Shown: positions 38,705 through 49,385, numbered from the stretch's first letter. The stretch is DNA of 64,000 bases from an uncultured Spirochaetota bacterium (GCA_963781885.1 CAWAHW010000001.1:288001-352000); one strand, 5' to 3'. Notes: generated by a model not told the origin, from the sequence alone. Translations and numbers: made by a program.

Positions 38705-39177
38705 GACACGCCCAGGTCGACTCCCTGATCGATCGCTTCGTTGACGGCGCGTGCACCCCGACAGAGGCGCATGCGGTGGAGACGCACGCGGCGGGCTGTA
38801 CGCGCTGCGCCGCGCGGCTCTCCGCGGCCCGCCGGCTCTCCGCGGCGCTAGGACGGCCGCCTGTCCTGCGGGCGCCGCCGGGCTTTGCGGCAAAGGTGAT
38901 GGACAGGGTCTACCGGCAAGCCCTGCGGCCGGCCGCTTCGGAGGCGCCGGGGAAGGTACGCGTGAGCACGATGTACCGCAGGCTGGGCTTCAGCTTCATG
39001 ATCACCGCGTTCGTCCTCACGGCAAGCCTCGTCATTCCCCGTGCGGCCTATACGTCGCTGATCGGGGCGGGGACGGGCGTCGGCGGATCGACCGCTGTAC
39101 AGAGCGTCCTGCAGAGCGCCGACCGGGCGGTACGGGGTATACTCGGAGAGCAGCAGGTGGGAGGCAACGGAGAATGA
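38701..39177 (+). CDS. Zinc-finger (ZAS) anti-sigma factor with one TM helix
   Basis: HxxxCxxC (HAAGCTRC), TM segment; ATGA overlap with the sigma gene. Confidence 0.85.
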   Translation: MRHAQVDSLIDRFVDGACTPTEAHAVETHAAGCTRCAARLSAARRLSAALGRPPVLRAPPGFAAKVMDRVYRQALRPAASEAPGKVRVSTMYRRLGFSFMITAFVLTASLVIPRAAYTSLIGAGTGVGGSTAVQSVLQSADRAVRGILGEQQVGGNGE

Positions 39178-39839
39178 AGTGCACGAATCACCCTCGGGTG
39201 GAAGAAACGGCGCGCTGCGCCGAATGCGGCAAGCCGTACTGCGCCGCCTGCATCGTGGAGCTCGACCACCGTTCCTGGTGCCGCGATTGTCTTTCGCGCA
39301 TCCTCGCCGCACGGGGCACGGGGTCCCGGGTCCACCCGGGATGGCGGAAGCTCGCGGCCGGCCTCCTCAGCATCGTGCCGGGCGCGGGCCACATGTTCCT
39401 GGGCCTCATTGGAAAGGGCTTCATGCTCATGGGCCTGCTCATCGTCGCGGTCTTCCTCATCCTGCTCTACTCCGACGCCACCGGCATGTACTGGATGACG
39501 GCCTACCTCATCCCCACCATCGGCGTGCTCTTCCTGAGCTATGCAGTCTTCGATTCCATGGCGATCGCCGATGCGCAGAGGAGCGGCCGTCAGCCGGGCG
39601 GCACCGACGATGACGCGATGAAGATGATCTGGGAGCGGGTGCTTCTCAACCGGCGGACGCTCGGCTGGGTGATATTCCTGGCAGGCGCGGTCGGCATCCT
39701 GCGCCTTTTCGCGGACCCTTTCAGCCGCTGGACCATGGCGGTGTTCGCCGTGAGCTTCCCCCTGGCCGCCCTGGTGATCCCGGTCGTTCTTCTCATCATC
39801 GGTATCCTCCTGCTGAAAAGGAGCCGACAAGAGAAGTAA
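39174..39839 (+). CDS. B-box-like zinc-finger membrane protein
   Basis: MKCTNHP…CAECGKPYCAAC…CRDC, then LSIVPGAGHMFLG and several TMs. Confidence 0.8.
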   Translation: MKCTNHPRVEETARCAECGKPYCAACIVELDHRSWCRDCLSRILAARGTGSRVHPGWRKLAAGLLSIVPGAGHMFLGLIGKGFMLMGLLIVAVFLILLYSDATGMYWMTAYLIPTIGVLFLSYAVFDSMAIADAQRSGRQPGGTDDDAMKMIWERVLLNRRTLGWVIFLAGAVGILRLFADPFSRWTMAVFAVSFPLAALVIPVVLLIIGILLLKRSRQEK

Positions 39840-39849
39840 GAGAGGTGGC

Positions 39850-40647
39850 ATGCAGAAGACCGGCATCGCGGTCTGGGAACCGGTTGAAATCCCCCAGAAG
39901 AAATGCGCGGAATGGAAGTTCCCCCGGCGGCGCATCTGGGTGGAGCGTATTGAAACCGAATGGCACGTCCTTTCACTGCCGCACGCGCAGCGCGCGGGAG
40001 ACGCGCAATGCGCCTTCATGCCGCGGACTGCCAAGCCCACCTCATCAGAATGGCGCCACTACCTTCACCGCGACGGCGGCCCCATCCAGCCCTCGCCCGT
40101 GCTTCCCGACCGTCCCGTGGTGGTCCGGCCCGACAGGGCTCTCACGCTCCTGCCCGGGCAGAGCACGATATTCTTCCTGCAGCTCCCCGTCTGGTTTCGC
40201 CTCTCCACGTCGGGCTACCGCCCCTCCCGCATCTTCGAGGAACCGCTGGGCACCCTTTCGCGGACCTGGTTTGGCGATCCCCTGACCGGCGAGCTGTGCT
40301 GGGGGCTTGCCACTCGTCTCCACCACAGCGTCGATTCGCTCGATCCTGCCGCGGACACCGCGGTCTGCCCCCTCATGATCGAGAACGAGTCATCGGCCGA
40401 TCTGCCATTTGAGAAGATCTGTCTCCACGTGGAGAACCTGAGCGTCTTCCGCGGCACGCGACGCCTGTGGACGAACAGCCTCCACGCGGTGTTCCGGGGT
40501 CCCGAGCAGGCGACGCAGATCGAGATCATCCATACCCCGCCGGAGTACGAGCAGGGGCTCGTGCCGGTCACCGAGGCGCGCTCCCCCTCGACGGGCTGGA
40601 ATATACGCCGGACATTCGGGATGCTGAAATATTTCACCGACTTCTAG
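39850..40647 (+). CDS. DUF432-like hypothetical protein
   Basis: PVLPDRPVVVRP, LSRTWFG…GELC, VCPLMIEN; upstream of MscS. Confidence 0.65.
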   Translation: MQKTGIAVWEPVEIPQKKCAEWKFPRRRIWVERIETEWHVLSLPHAQRAGDAQCAFMPRTAKPTSSEWRHYLHRDGGPIQPSPVLPDRPVVVRPDRALTLLPGQSTIFFLQLPVWFRLSTSGYRPSRIFEEPLGTLSRTWFGDPLTGELCWGLATRLHHSVDSLDPAADTAVCPLMIENESSADLPFEKICLHVENLSVFRGTRRLWTNSLHAVFRGPEQATQIEIIHTPPEYEQGLVPVTEARSPSTGWNIRRTFGMLKYFTDF

Positions 40648-40663
40648 AGGGGGCGGGGGACAC

Positions 40664-41485
40664 ATGTTCCAACACCTGATGAACTGGTTCCGCTCACTGC
40701 CACCGGACATTTTCGCTCGAGGACTGCGCATCGCGGTCACCGTCGTGGTGGGGCTCGTCCTGGCGCGCGTGCTCGCCGTGGTGGCGCAGCGCTACGTATT
40801 CAAGAAGTCCACGCCCCAGCGCCAGATGATCGCCCGCAAGGTCATCAGCTACACGGGATTCTCCCTCGTGGTGCTGGCGGTCCTGAGCGAGCTGGGCCTG
40901 AAGCTCACCGCGCTCCTCGGGGCCGCGGGCATCGTCGGGATTGCCGTGGGTTTCGCGTCGCAGACCAGCGTGTCCAACATCATCAGCGGTCTCTTCCTCA
41001 TCTCCGAGAAGCCGTTCGCCATCGGCGATGTCATCCGCATCGGCACCACAACCGGCATCATCCAGTCCATCGACCTTCTGTCCATCAAGATCCGCACGTT
41101 CGACAACCTTTTCGTCCGCATCCCGAATGAGAAGATCCTCACCTCCGAGGTCACCAACATCACGCGTTTTCCCATCCGCAGATTGGACGTCACCTTCCAG
41201 GTGGCGTACGGTCAGGATCTCCGCCGGGTCCGCGAGGTCATCCGCGAGATCGCTGACGCCAATCCCTGGAGCCTCGACGAGCCCGAGCCGGTGATCATCC
41301 TTTCGGAGTTCAAGGAATCGGGCGTCGAGGTGCTCCTGGGCATGTGGTTCACGAAGGACGATTTTCTTCAGCTCAAGAACTCGATCATGGAGGATCTCGC
41401 CCGGCGCTTCGATTCCGCCGGGATTGGCTTCGCCCATCCCCGCAGGATCGTGCACGTCGCGGAGGCCGCGGTTCCTACCGCATGA
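40664..41485 (+). CDS. mscS: Small-conductance mechanosensitive channel
   Basis: AGIVGIAVGFASQ, KPFAIGD, IRTFDN…IPN. Confidence 0.92.
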   Translation: MFQHLMNWFRSLPPDIFARGLRIAVTVVVGLVLARVLAVVAQRYVFKKSTPQRQMIARKVISYTGFSLVVLAVLSELGLKLTALLGAAGIVGIAVGFASQTSVSNIISGLFLISEKPFAIGDVIRIGTTTGIIQSIDLLSIKIRTFDNLFVRIPNEKILTSEVTNITRFPIRRLDVTFQVAYGQDLRRVREVIREIADANPWSLDEPEPVIILSEFKESGVEVLLGMWFTKDDFLQLKNSIMEDLARRFDSAGIGFAHPRRIVHVAEAAVPTA

Positions 41486-42752
41486 TGATCTGGTCCCGGT
41501 GGGGTCCGATGGAGACCCATTTCACCGGCGTGTGGATCCTTTTCTCCACGAAGAGCACGTAGTCACGCGCGTTCGGCGGCAGCTCGTCGAAGCTGCGCGC
41601 GGCGCGGATGTCCGTCTTCCAGCCCGGCAGCTCCTCGTAGACGGGCCGCGCCGCGCCGAGCAGACGCGACACGGGAAACTTCGTCGTCACAACGCCGTCC
41701 AGGTTGTAGCCGGTGCACACGGGTATCTTTTCCCGGTACCCCAGGACGTCGAGATTCGTGATGACCGCCTCGGTCGCTCCCTGCACCAGGCACCCGTACG
41801 CAGTGGCGACGCAGTCGAACCAGCCGACCCGGCGCGGCCTGCCCGTGGTGGCGCCGTACTCCCCGGCCGATCCACCAAGCTTGCGCAGCGTTTCTGCCTC
41901 ATCGCCCTGCAGCTCGGTCACGAAGGGCCCTGCGCCCACGCAGCTCGAATAAGCCTTGGTGACGGCAACGACGCGCGTGATGGCCCACGGCGGAATGCCC
42001 GCGCCGACCGCGGCGAAGCCCGCAAGCGGGGAAGAGGACGTGGGGTACGGATAGATGCCATGGTCGGGGTCCCGCAGGGTTCCCAGCTGCCCTTCCAGCA
42101 GGATCGTCTTGTCCGCCTCCAAAGCGTCGTTGAGAAGCGACGTCGTGTCGGTCACAAATGGGCGCAGCCTTTCGCGGAACACCGCGACCTGGGCGATGAT
42201 CTCGTCGACGGAAAGTGGTTTTTTCCCGTACAGCTTCTCCAGAAGGACATTCTTCTGCACGAGCGACTTGGCGAGGCGGTTGCGCATGAGCGGCTCGTCG
42301 AAAAGCTCGTTCACCTGCAGCCCGATCTTCAGGTACTTGTCCGCATAGAAGGGGGCGATGCCCGACTTCGTGGAGCCGAAGCTCTCCTTTCCCAGCCTCT
42401 CCTCTTCCAGTGAATCGAAAAGGATGTGGTGCGGAAGCAGGGCCTGGGCGCGCTCCGAGACCCGTATGTCCGGGCGCGGCACGCCGCGCTCCACCAGGGC
42501 GTCGATCTCCCCGAGGAGGCCCGTGACGTTGACCGCGACACCGGGCCCGAGCACGTTCACGGTTCCCTTGGAGAAAACCCCCGAGGGGAGGAGATGGAGA
42601 GCGAACTTGCCGTATTCGTTGATGATCGTGTGCCCGGCATTGTTGCCGCCCTGGTAGCGCACGACGTAGTCTGCCTGCGCGGCGAGGTAGTCGGTGATCT
42701 TCCCCTTGCCCTCGTCACCCCAGTTTGCTCCCACCACCGCGATCGCGGGCAT
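41475..42752 (-). CDS. purA: Adenylosuccinate synthetase
   Basis: WGDEGKGK, QGGNNAGHT, EYGATTGRPRR. Confidence 0.97.
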   Translation of the reverse strand: MPAIAVVGANWGDEGKGKITDYLAAQADYVVRYQGGNNAGHTIINEYGKFALHLLPSGVFSKGTVNVLGPGVAVNVTGLLGEIDALVERGVPRPDIRVSERAQALLPHHILFDSLEEERLGKESFGSTKSGIAPFYADKYLKIGLQVNELFDEPLMRNRLAKSLVQKNVLLEKLYGKKPLSVDEIIAQVAVFRERLRPFVTDTTSLLNDALEADKTILLEGQLGTLRDPDHGIYPYPTSSSPLAGFAAVGAGIPPWAITRVVAVTKAYSSCVGAGPFVTELQGDEAETLRKLGGSAGEYGATTGRPRRVGWFDCVATAYGCLVQGATEAVITNLDVLGYREKIPVCTGYNLDGVVTTKFPVSRLLGAARPVYEELPGWKTDIRAARSFDELPPNARDYVLFVEKRIHTPVKWVSIGPHRDQIIMR

Positions 42753-42778
42753 GCATTCTCCCTGTTGAATGAACGATT

Positions 42779-43714
42779 CTATTCGGGCGCGAGCCAGACG
42801 CCAAAGACCCAGCCGGCCGGCTCCTTGATCCGGTACCAGGGGGAGGTGTCCGCGCCGATGGTGAAGCTCTCCGTGGTCTGCTCTTCCACTTGCACCGTCT
42901 GTCCCTTCGTGAGCGTGGCGACCACTGCTCCTGACGTCTCATCCGGGGCGCTGCGCACATTCACGTTGTTGTCGGTCGCCACCATGGTCGCGACGAACGG
43001 TATCGTTTCGCGCGTCACGGCAGGGGCGGCGACCGCCGTGAGGGCATCCTCGACGCGCGTGATGAAAAGGAAGCTGGGATAGCTGCGTTGCGCCGACTGC
43101 AAAAGCGCCTTTTTCTGGTCGGGGCTCTTCGCGTTTGACGCGAGCTGGAGAAGAACGGTGCCCTGCGCGTCATCCGGTTTTGACGACAGGTCGTCTTCAT
43201 GCACGTACTGGTTCTGCGAGAGGACCCGGGCGGCGGGGTCGTACCAGGTGATCTTGGCAAAGGGAGCTGCCACGGATTCGCTGATCCGGGCAACGACGGT
43301 TGCCGAGGAAAGACTCTTCCCGGTTGCCGCAGCGTCCTTCGGCGCGCTGTAAATGATCACGCCGTCGGTTTTCACAACGGAAAGCACGCAGTTGGAGACG
43401 ACATAGTCTGCCAGGGCCCACCCGGTGACGCCTGAATCGCGCTTCACGTGGATGAAGTCGTACTGTCCGCTGGCAAGCGTGGCCTTCTGGGTGCCCCCGA
43501 CAAGCTGGAGCTTTTCCCCGAGCAGGAGACCGTCCAGCCATTTGGCGGCACCAGCGTTGATATCGTAGATGCCGAGATCGGCGCGGATCACGAAGGCGCT
43601 CTTTGCGTCTGCCGTGAGGGCGCCGGGTGCCGTCGAGACCGGAGGCGCCTTCTGGCAGGAGACAGCAAGCGCAACAAGGGCGAGAAGGGAGAATATCTTC
43701 ACGACACGACTCAT
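42779..43714 (-). CDS. SH3b-domain lipoprotein
   Basis: Lipobox LAVS/C; C-terminal NVNVRSAP…WYRIK…GWVFG. Confidence 0.8.
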   Translation of the reverse strand: MSRVVKIFSLLALVALAVSCQKAPPVSTAPGALTADAKSAFVIRADLGIYDINAGAAKWLDGLLLGEKLQLVGGTQKATLASGQYDFIHVKRDSGVTGWALADYVVSNCVLSVVKTDGVIIYSAPKDAAATGKSLSSATVVARISESVAAPFAKITWYDPAARVLSQNQYVHEDDLSSKPDDAQGTVLLQLASNAKSPDQKKALLQSAQRSYPSFLFITRVEDALTAVAAPAVTRETIPFVATMVATDNNVNVRSAPDETSGAVVATLTKGQTVQVEEQTTESFTIGADTSPWYRIKEPAGWVFGVWLAPE

Positions 43715-43820
43715 CTTTCGCCTCCGCTCCTACTGTAGCGCACAGTAGGGCCAACGTCCTCACCCTGTCAAGAAATGCGCGCCCGACCCGAAACGCGACG
43801 TGAGGGGCGGCTCTTTTCCG

Positions 43821-43849
43821 TTGCCAGTTCCACCATCGCGCGATACTAT
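43821..43849 (+). promoter_or_regulatory. sigma70 promoter of the A2M-pbpC operon
   Basis: TTGCCA-17nt-TACTAT; divergent TTGACA-18-TACTGT at 43742-43771. Confidence 0.6.
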
Positions 43850-43886
43850 GCCTACGGATTAAAAGGTTCACAAAAGGGGGAGATAC

Positions 43887-46800
43887 ATGCGCCGGTCAGC
43901 AGTCAGGGCCGTCATCTCGGTGCTTCTTCTTGCACTCATCGCCAGTTGTTCCCTCCAGAGGCCGATGCGGCGACCCGATCCCCAGGTCGTGGAAAAAGTC
44001 ACCGGCGGCCTCCTCTCCCGGTATGCGACGATACAGGTCACCTTTGCACACGCCGTGGCGGGTGACATCGGCACGCCGCTTGCAAGCTCCCCGTTCCGCT
44101 TCAATCCTCCGCTCAGGGGCGTCGCGCGTTGGGCGGATGAACGCACGCTGGAGTTCGTCCCCGCCGCCACGCTTTCCCCCGGACGGGCTTACAGGGTCGC
44201 GGTGGACCTGCCGAAGCTTGCAAGCTTCGATTTTGCCTTCACGGTCCTTGCTTCCCACTTCGAGGTCGCGCTGGGAAGCCTCGCTCTTGACGACGACAAG
44301 GACACGACCTACCACCTCGACGGCACCGTGACCACGGTGGACCGGGAGGAGCCCGCGGCCGTGGAGAAGCTCGTGAGCGCGCGCCTGGCAGGCAAGGCCC
44401 TTGCCGTGACCTGGCAGCACGGCAGCGATCCGCTCTTACACGGCTTCCGCGTCACGGGCATCGCGCGCGCCAGCCGCGCGCAGACGGTGGCCGTGTCATG
44501 GTCGGGTCGCTCCATCGCCAGCCGGGCCGCCGGTCGGCGCGTGCTCGCCGTGCCCGCGCGCGGCGTCTTTGAAGTGATGGGGGTGCGCGCCGTGCAGGCC
44601 GACCAGCGCTTCATCGAGGTGAGCTTCTCCTCCAGCCTGAAGCCGTCTCAGACCCTCGACGGCCTCCTGCGGGTCACGGGCCGCACCGACGTGCGCACAT
44701 CGGTGGACAACAACATCGTCCGGCTCTACGCGCAGTCTCCCTGGAAGCAGTCGGAGACGGTGACCGTGGACCCCGGCGTGCAGAGCGCCGATTCCTCCAA
44801 TCTCACGCACCTGGTGGCGCAGAACGTCGCCTTCCAGGACCAGCTTCCGCAGGTGCGTTTCGCCGGCACCGGGGTGATCGTGCCCACGACCCAGGGAACC
44901 ACGGTGCCCATCGAGACGATGAACCTGAGCGCCGTGATCGTGGAGGCGTTCCAGATATTCGGCGACAACATGACGCAGTTCCTCCAGGTGAACACGCTGG
45001 CGGACTCCAACGAGCTCTACAGGGTCGGCAAGGTGGTGTGGCGCCAGGTGGTGCCCCTGAACTTCACCGACGACCAGAAGAACACGTGGGTCCGGCACGG
45101 CCTGGACCTGAGCGCGCTCATCAAGAATCACCCCGACGGCATGTTCCAGATCCGCGTCTCCTTCCGCCAGCCCCACATCGTGTGGAACTGGGGGGACAAG
45201 CCGCAGCCGGCGGCGCTGGATTATTCGAAGATGCCGTTGGTCATTGACGACCCCAACGTGTCGCAGGCAAGCTACTGGGACTACTGGGAGCAGGACTACA
45301 GCTCCAGCGACTACGACAACAGGAACGACCCGACGAGCGGCGCGTACTACAAGCCGTGGGAGGGGGAAGAGAACAAGTCCCTCGCGGTGCGCAACGTGCT
45401 CGTCTCCAATATCGGGCTGATCGCCAAGATGGAGCCGGCCGGGGCGCTGTACGTCCTGTCGGCGGACCTTCGCACCGCCCAGCCCCTGAGCGGCGTGAAG
45501 ATCACCCTGCAGTCCTTCCAGCGGCACCCCATTGCCGCGGGTCTCACCGACAAGCAGGGATCGGTGAAGTTCACCGGCATCGAGGCCCCCTCCTTCATCG
45601 TTGCCGAGCGTGCGGGGCAGTTCGGGTGGCTGAAGCTGGACGGCACCTCGGCGCTCGTCACCAGCCAGTTCGATACGAGCGGTGAGACCGTGCAGGCGGG
45701 CGTCAAAGGCTTCCTCTATGGAGAGCGCGGCGTCTGGCGGCCCGGGGACCCCATCTATCTCTCCTTCATCCTCACCGATCCGCTGAAGACCCTTCCGGCC
45801 GATCACCCGGTGACGCTGGAGATGCGCGATCCGCGCGGCCAGCTCGTCTCCCGCAGCGTGACCACGACGAACGTGGACGGCTTTTACGCCTTCACCACCG
45901 GCACGGCGGCCGATGCGCCGACCGGGAGCTGGGAGGCGCGCGTGAAGGTAGGCGACCGCACCTTCTCGCGGAACATCAGCGTGGAAAGCATCATGCCCAA
46001 CCGGATCAAGATGGAGTTCGACGTGCCACCGGCCACCGGGCCGATATCGGACGGCGCCTTCGCCGCCGACCTGCAGGCCGACTGGCTCTATGGCGCGCCG
46101 GCGGCAAATCTGGAAGCGAAGATCGGGCTCCGCCTCTCCCCGACGCCCACGGTGTTTCCGGCCTATTCGGATTTCATCTTCGACGATCCCTCGCGGCAGT
46201 TCTCCACGGGGGACCAGGACCTCTTCGACGGCCAGACCGATGAGACGGGCAAGGCGACCGTCTCCGGCTCCATCAACGTGGAGGGCCAGGCGCCGGGCAA
46301 GCTCTCCGCGTCCTTCCTCGTGCGCGTGATCGAGCCCAGCGGCGCCTTCAGCTCCGAGCAGTTCAGCCGGGAGCTCAGCCCGTACAGCCAGTACGTCGGC
46401 ATCCGGGTGCCCAAGGGGGACGCCGCGCGCGGCATGCTTCTGGTGGACACCGACCAGGCGGTGCGCATTGTGCTGGTCGACCCGAATGGCGCGCCCGTGA
46501 AATCGGGCACCGCGCATGCGGAGATCTACAAGATCAACTGGCGCTGGTGGTGGGAAAAGGGAGAGGAGACACAGGTCGATTTCGATTCTTCCGAATCCCG
46601 CACGCCGCTTCAAAGCGCGAACGTGCCGATCAGCAACGGCCAGGGTGAATGGAAGTTCCAGATCAAGTATCCCGACTGGGGCCGCTACCTCATCCGCGTG
46701 ACCGACCTGAAGGGCGGGCACAGCACGGGCAAGGTGGTCTACATCGACTGGCCCGGCTGGGCCGGGCGCGCCACGGAGGGGAAGATCGGCGCCTCCATGC

Positions 46801-49385
46801 TCACCCTTTCCGCGGACAAGCCGTCCTACAAGGTCGGCGAGCCGGTCACGGTGACCTTCCCGTCCAACGCGGACAGCCGCGCCCTGGTGACGCTGGAAGA
46901 GGGAGGCCGCGTGCTGAAGCAGGAGTGGGTGGCGCCGTCAAAGGACATCACGCGGTACAGCTTTGCCGCAACCCCCGACATGGCGCCGAACATCTACGTG
47001 CACGTCACCTTCATCCAGCCGCACCTGCAGACCGCCAACGACCTGCCGATCAGGCTCTACGGGGTCGTGCCCATCAACGTGGAGGACCCCAGCACGCATC
47101 TCACGCCGGTGGTCACGTCCGCCGACACGTTCAAACCCGGGCAGAAGGCAACGATCAACGTGAAAGAGGCGGCGGGACGCGAAATGACCTACACGCTGGC
47201 CATCGTGGACGAGGGGCTCCTCCGGCTCAATCGCTACGAAACGCCGGATCCATGGAACGTGTTCTACCGAAAGGAAGCCTCTCTCCTCGTGAACTGGGAT
47301 CTCTACGACCTGGTTGCCGGCGCCTTCTCGGGACAGCTGGACAGCCTGCTTGCCATTGGCGGCGGCGAGGACCAGTTCCCCGAGGGCGAGCGCAAGGCGA
47401 ACAGGTTCCCGCCCCTGGTGCGTTTCGTCGGCCCGGTATCGCTGAAAAAGGGAGCGACGAACACCCACACCATCGACATTCCCCAGTACATCGGCGCGGT
47501 GCGCCTCATGGTCGTGGCAGCCCATGCGGGCGCCTACGGTGCGGCGGAGCGCTCGGTGACGGTGAAGAGCGACCTGATGCTGCTGCCTACCCTGCCGCGC
47601 GTCCTGAGCGTCGGTGAGACGGCCGATTTCCCGGTGACGGTGATCAGCGGCAAGGCCGACATGAAGACGGCGAATGTCACGGTGACGGTCACGGGGCCGG
47701 TCACGGTGGTGGGAAGCCCCACGCAGAGTTTGAGCTTTGCCGGGGCGGAAGAGAAGATCGCCCGCTTCCAGTTGAAGGTCGGCAACGCGGTGGGCACGGC
47801 CACCGTCAACGTGAGCGCCGCGGGCTCCGGCGCCCAGGCCGCGGCGAGCACGGAGATCAACGTGCGGCTGCCGGCCACGCGGCAGACACGGGTCACCTCT
47901 GCGACGATCCAGCAGGGCAAGACCTGGCAGGGGGACCTCTCCATGATCGGCTACCCGGGCACGAACGGATTGCAGCTCGAAGTCTCGCGGCTGCCACCCA
48001 TGGACCTGGGAAAGAACCTCGATTACCTCATCCAGTATCCGCACGGATGCATCGAGCAGACCACGAGCTCCGTTTTCCCCCAGCTCTATCTCGACAAGCT
48101 CGTGCAGCTCTCCGCCGACGAGGCAGCCCAGACGCAGAAGAACGTGGACGCGGGCATCAAGAGGCTCACGTGGTTCCAGACGTCGTCGGGCGGCTTCACC
48201 TTCTGGCCCGGCTACGGAGAGGCCGATGACTGGGGAACGACCTATGCGGGGCACTTCCTCCTTGAGGCGCAGAAGCGCGGCTACGCGCTTCCTCCCGACA
48301 TGCTTTCCAAGTGGGCGGATTTCCAGAAGCAGCGTGCCGATGCATGGACGTCCGACTCTGCGGGTGCCGCCGTCCAGCAGGCCTATCGGCTCTACACCCT
48401 TGCACTCGACGGCGAGGCGGACCTGGGTGCGATGAACAGGCTGCGCGAGATGAACGGCCTTCCCGACATCGCGCGCTGGAGGCTCGCGGCGGCCTACCAG
48501 CTTGCGGGCCAGAAGGACGAGGCGCTGCGTCAGGTGCAGTCCCTCGGCGTCAACGTCTCGCGCTATCGCGAGATGTCCTTCACGTACGGCTCGGACCTCC
48601 GTGACCGGGCAATGATCCTCGAGTCCATGGTGATACTGGGGCTCATGGACAAGGCGCAGGGGCTTGCCACCACCGTCTCGCAGCAGCTTGCGAGCACCGA
48701 TCCTTATGCCACACAGACGACCGCCTATGCGCTCCTTGGTCTCACGCAGTACGCGCTGGGCTCGGGTCCCGTCTCGCCGCTCGCCTTCAGCTACTCGTGG
48801 GCGGATGGCGCGTCGAAGGCGGTGACGGGTGCCACGCCGATCGTCAAGGAGAACGTGGCCCTGGGCCCTGCGACAAAGGGCAGGCTCACGATCACCAATA
48901 CGGGCCAGACGCCGCTCTTTACGCGCGTCATCCTCCAGGGCGTGCCGCCCCTGGGAACGGAAAAGGCCGACTCCAACGGTCTTTCCCTCCAGGTGGCCTA
49001 CACCAGCGGAGGTGAGGAGGTCGATCCGTCCACGCTGCCGCCCGGAGCCGATCTTGCCGTGGAGGTGAACGTCACCAACACGTCGCGCAGCAACGACTAC
49101 CAGCAGATCGCCCTCAGCTACCTGCTGCCGGGAAGCTGGGAGGTGACGGCCGCGCGCGTGCTCCCCGACCAGAAGGACGCCGCGACCTCCTATGACTACC
49201 AGGACATCCGCGACGACAGGATCCTCACGTACTTCAGCGTGAAGCACGGCCAGAGCAAGGTGTTCCGCTTCGACCTGACGGTCGCCTACTCGGGCAAGTT
49301 CTACATGCCGGCCGTCTCCGTCGAGGCCATGTACGACGCGACGGTGCATGCAACGGTACCGGGGACCTGGCTGAGCGGGCAGTGA
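43887..49385 (+). CDS. Bacterial alpha-2-macroglobulin lipoprotein
   Basis: Lipobox LIAS/C, ERGVWRPGD, AIVDEG, thioester YPHGCIEQTTS, DIRDDR, VEAMYD. Confidence 0.95.
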   Translation: MRRSAVRAVISVLLLALIASCSLQRPMRRPDPQVVEKVTGGLLSRYATIQVTFAHAVAGDIGTPLASSPFRFNPPLRGVARWADERTLEFVPAATLSPGRAYRVAVDLPKLASFDFAFTVLASHFEVALGSLALDDDKDTTYHLDGTVTTVDREEPAAVEKLVSARLAGKALAVTWQHGSDPLLHGFRVTGIARASRAQTVAVSWSGRSIASRAAGRRVLAVPARGVFEVMGVRAVQADQRFIEVSFSSSLKPSQTLDGLLRVTGRTDVRTSVDNNIVRLYAQSPWKQSETVTVDPGVQSADSSNLTHLVAQNVAFQDQLPQVRFAGTGVIVPTTQGTTVPIETMNLSAVIVEAFQIFGDNMTQFLQVNTLADSNELYRVGKVVWRQVVPLNFTDDQKNTWVRHGLDLSALIKNHPDGMFQIRVSFRQPHIVWNWGDKPQPAALDYSKMPLVIDDPNVSQASYWDYWEQDYSSSDYDNRNDPTSGAYYKPWEGEENKSLAVRNVLVSNIGLIAKMEPAGALYVLSADLRTAQPLSGVKITLQSFQRHPIAAGLTDKQGSVKFTGIEAPSFIVAERAGQFGWLKLDGTSALVTSQFDTSGETVQAGVKGFLYGERGVWRPGDPIYLSFILTDPLKTLPADHPVTLEMRDPRGQLVSRSVTTTNVDGFYAFTTGTAADAPTGSWEARVKVGDRTFSRNISVESIMPNRIKMEFDVPPATGPISDGAFAADLQADWLYGAPAANLEAKIGLRLSPTPTVFPAYSDFIFDDPSRQFSTGDQDLFDGQTDETGKATVSGSINVEGQAPGKLSASFLVRVIEPSGAFSSEQFSRELSPYSQYVGIRVPKGDAARGMLLVDTDQAVRIVLVDPNGAPVKSGTAHAEIYKINWRWWWEKGEETQVDFDSSESRTPLQSANVPISNGQGEWKFQIKYPDWGRYLIRVTDLKGGHSTGKVVYIDWPGWAGRATEGKIGASMLTLSADKPSYKVGEPVTVTFPSNADSRALVTLEEGGRVLKQEWVAPSKDITRYSFAATPDMAPNIYVHVTFIQPHLQTANDLPIRLYGVVPINVEDPSTHLTPVVTSADTFKPGQKATINVKEAAGREMTYTLAIVDEGLLRLNRYETPDPWNVFYRKEASLLVNWDLYDLVAGAFSGQLDSLLAIGGGEDQFPEGERKANRFPPLVRFVGPVSLKKGATNTHTIDIPQYIGAVRLMVVAAHAGAYGAAERSVTVKSDLMLLPTLPRVLSVGETADFPVTVISGKADMKTANVTVTVTGPVTVVGSPTQSLSFAGAEEKIARFQLKVGNAVGTATVNVSAAGSGAQAAASTEINVRLPATRQTRVTSATIQQGKTWQGDLSMIGYPGTNGLQLEVSRLPPMDLGKNLDYLIQYPHGCIEQTTSSVFPQLYLDKLVQLSADEAAQTQKNVDAGIKRLTWFQTSSGGFTFWPGYGEADDWGTTYAGHFLLEAQKRGYALPPDMLSKWADFQKQRADAWTSDSAGAAVQQAYRLYTLALDGEADLGAMNRLREMNGLPDIARWRLAAAYQLAGQKDEALRQVQSLGVNVSRYREMSFTYGSDLRDRAMILESMVILGLMDKAQGLATTVSQQLASTDPYATQTTAYALLGLTQYALGSGPVSPLAFSYSWADGASKAVTGATPIVKENVALGPATKGRLTITNTGQTPLFTRVILQGVPPLGTEKADSNGLSLQVAYTSGGEEVDPSTLPPGADLAVEVNVTNTSRSNDYQQIALSYLLPGSWEVTAARVLPDQKDAATSYDYQDIRDDRILTYFSVKHGQSKVFRFDLTVAYSGKFYMPAVSVEAMYDATVHATVPGTWLSGQ

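Noticed and set aside
38751-39173. N-terminal extension of the 362-aa ORF, and the extended starts listed for aspS, parA, nrdD, gyrB and the permeases
   Set aside because: The extensions overlap neighbouring genes or promoters; downstream starts fit RBS, overlap and homology patterns better
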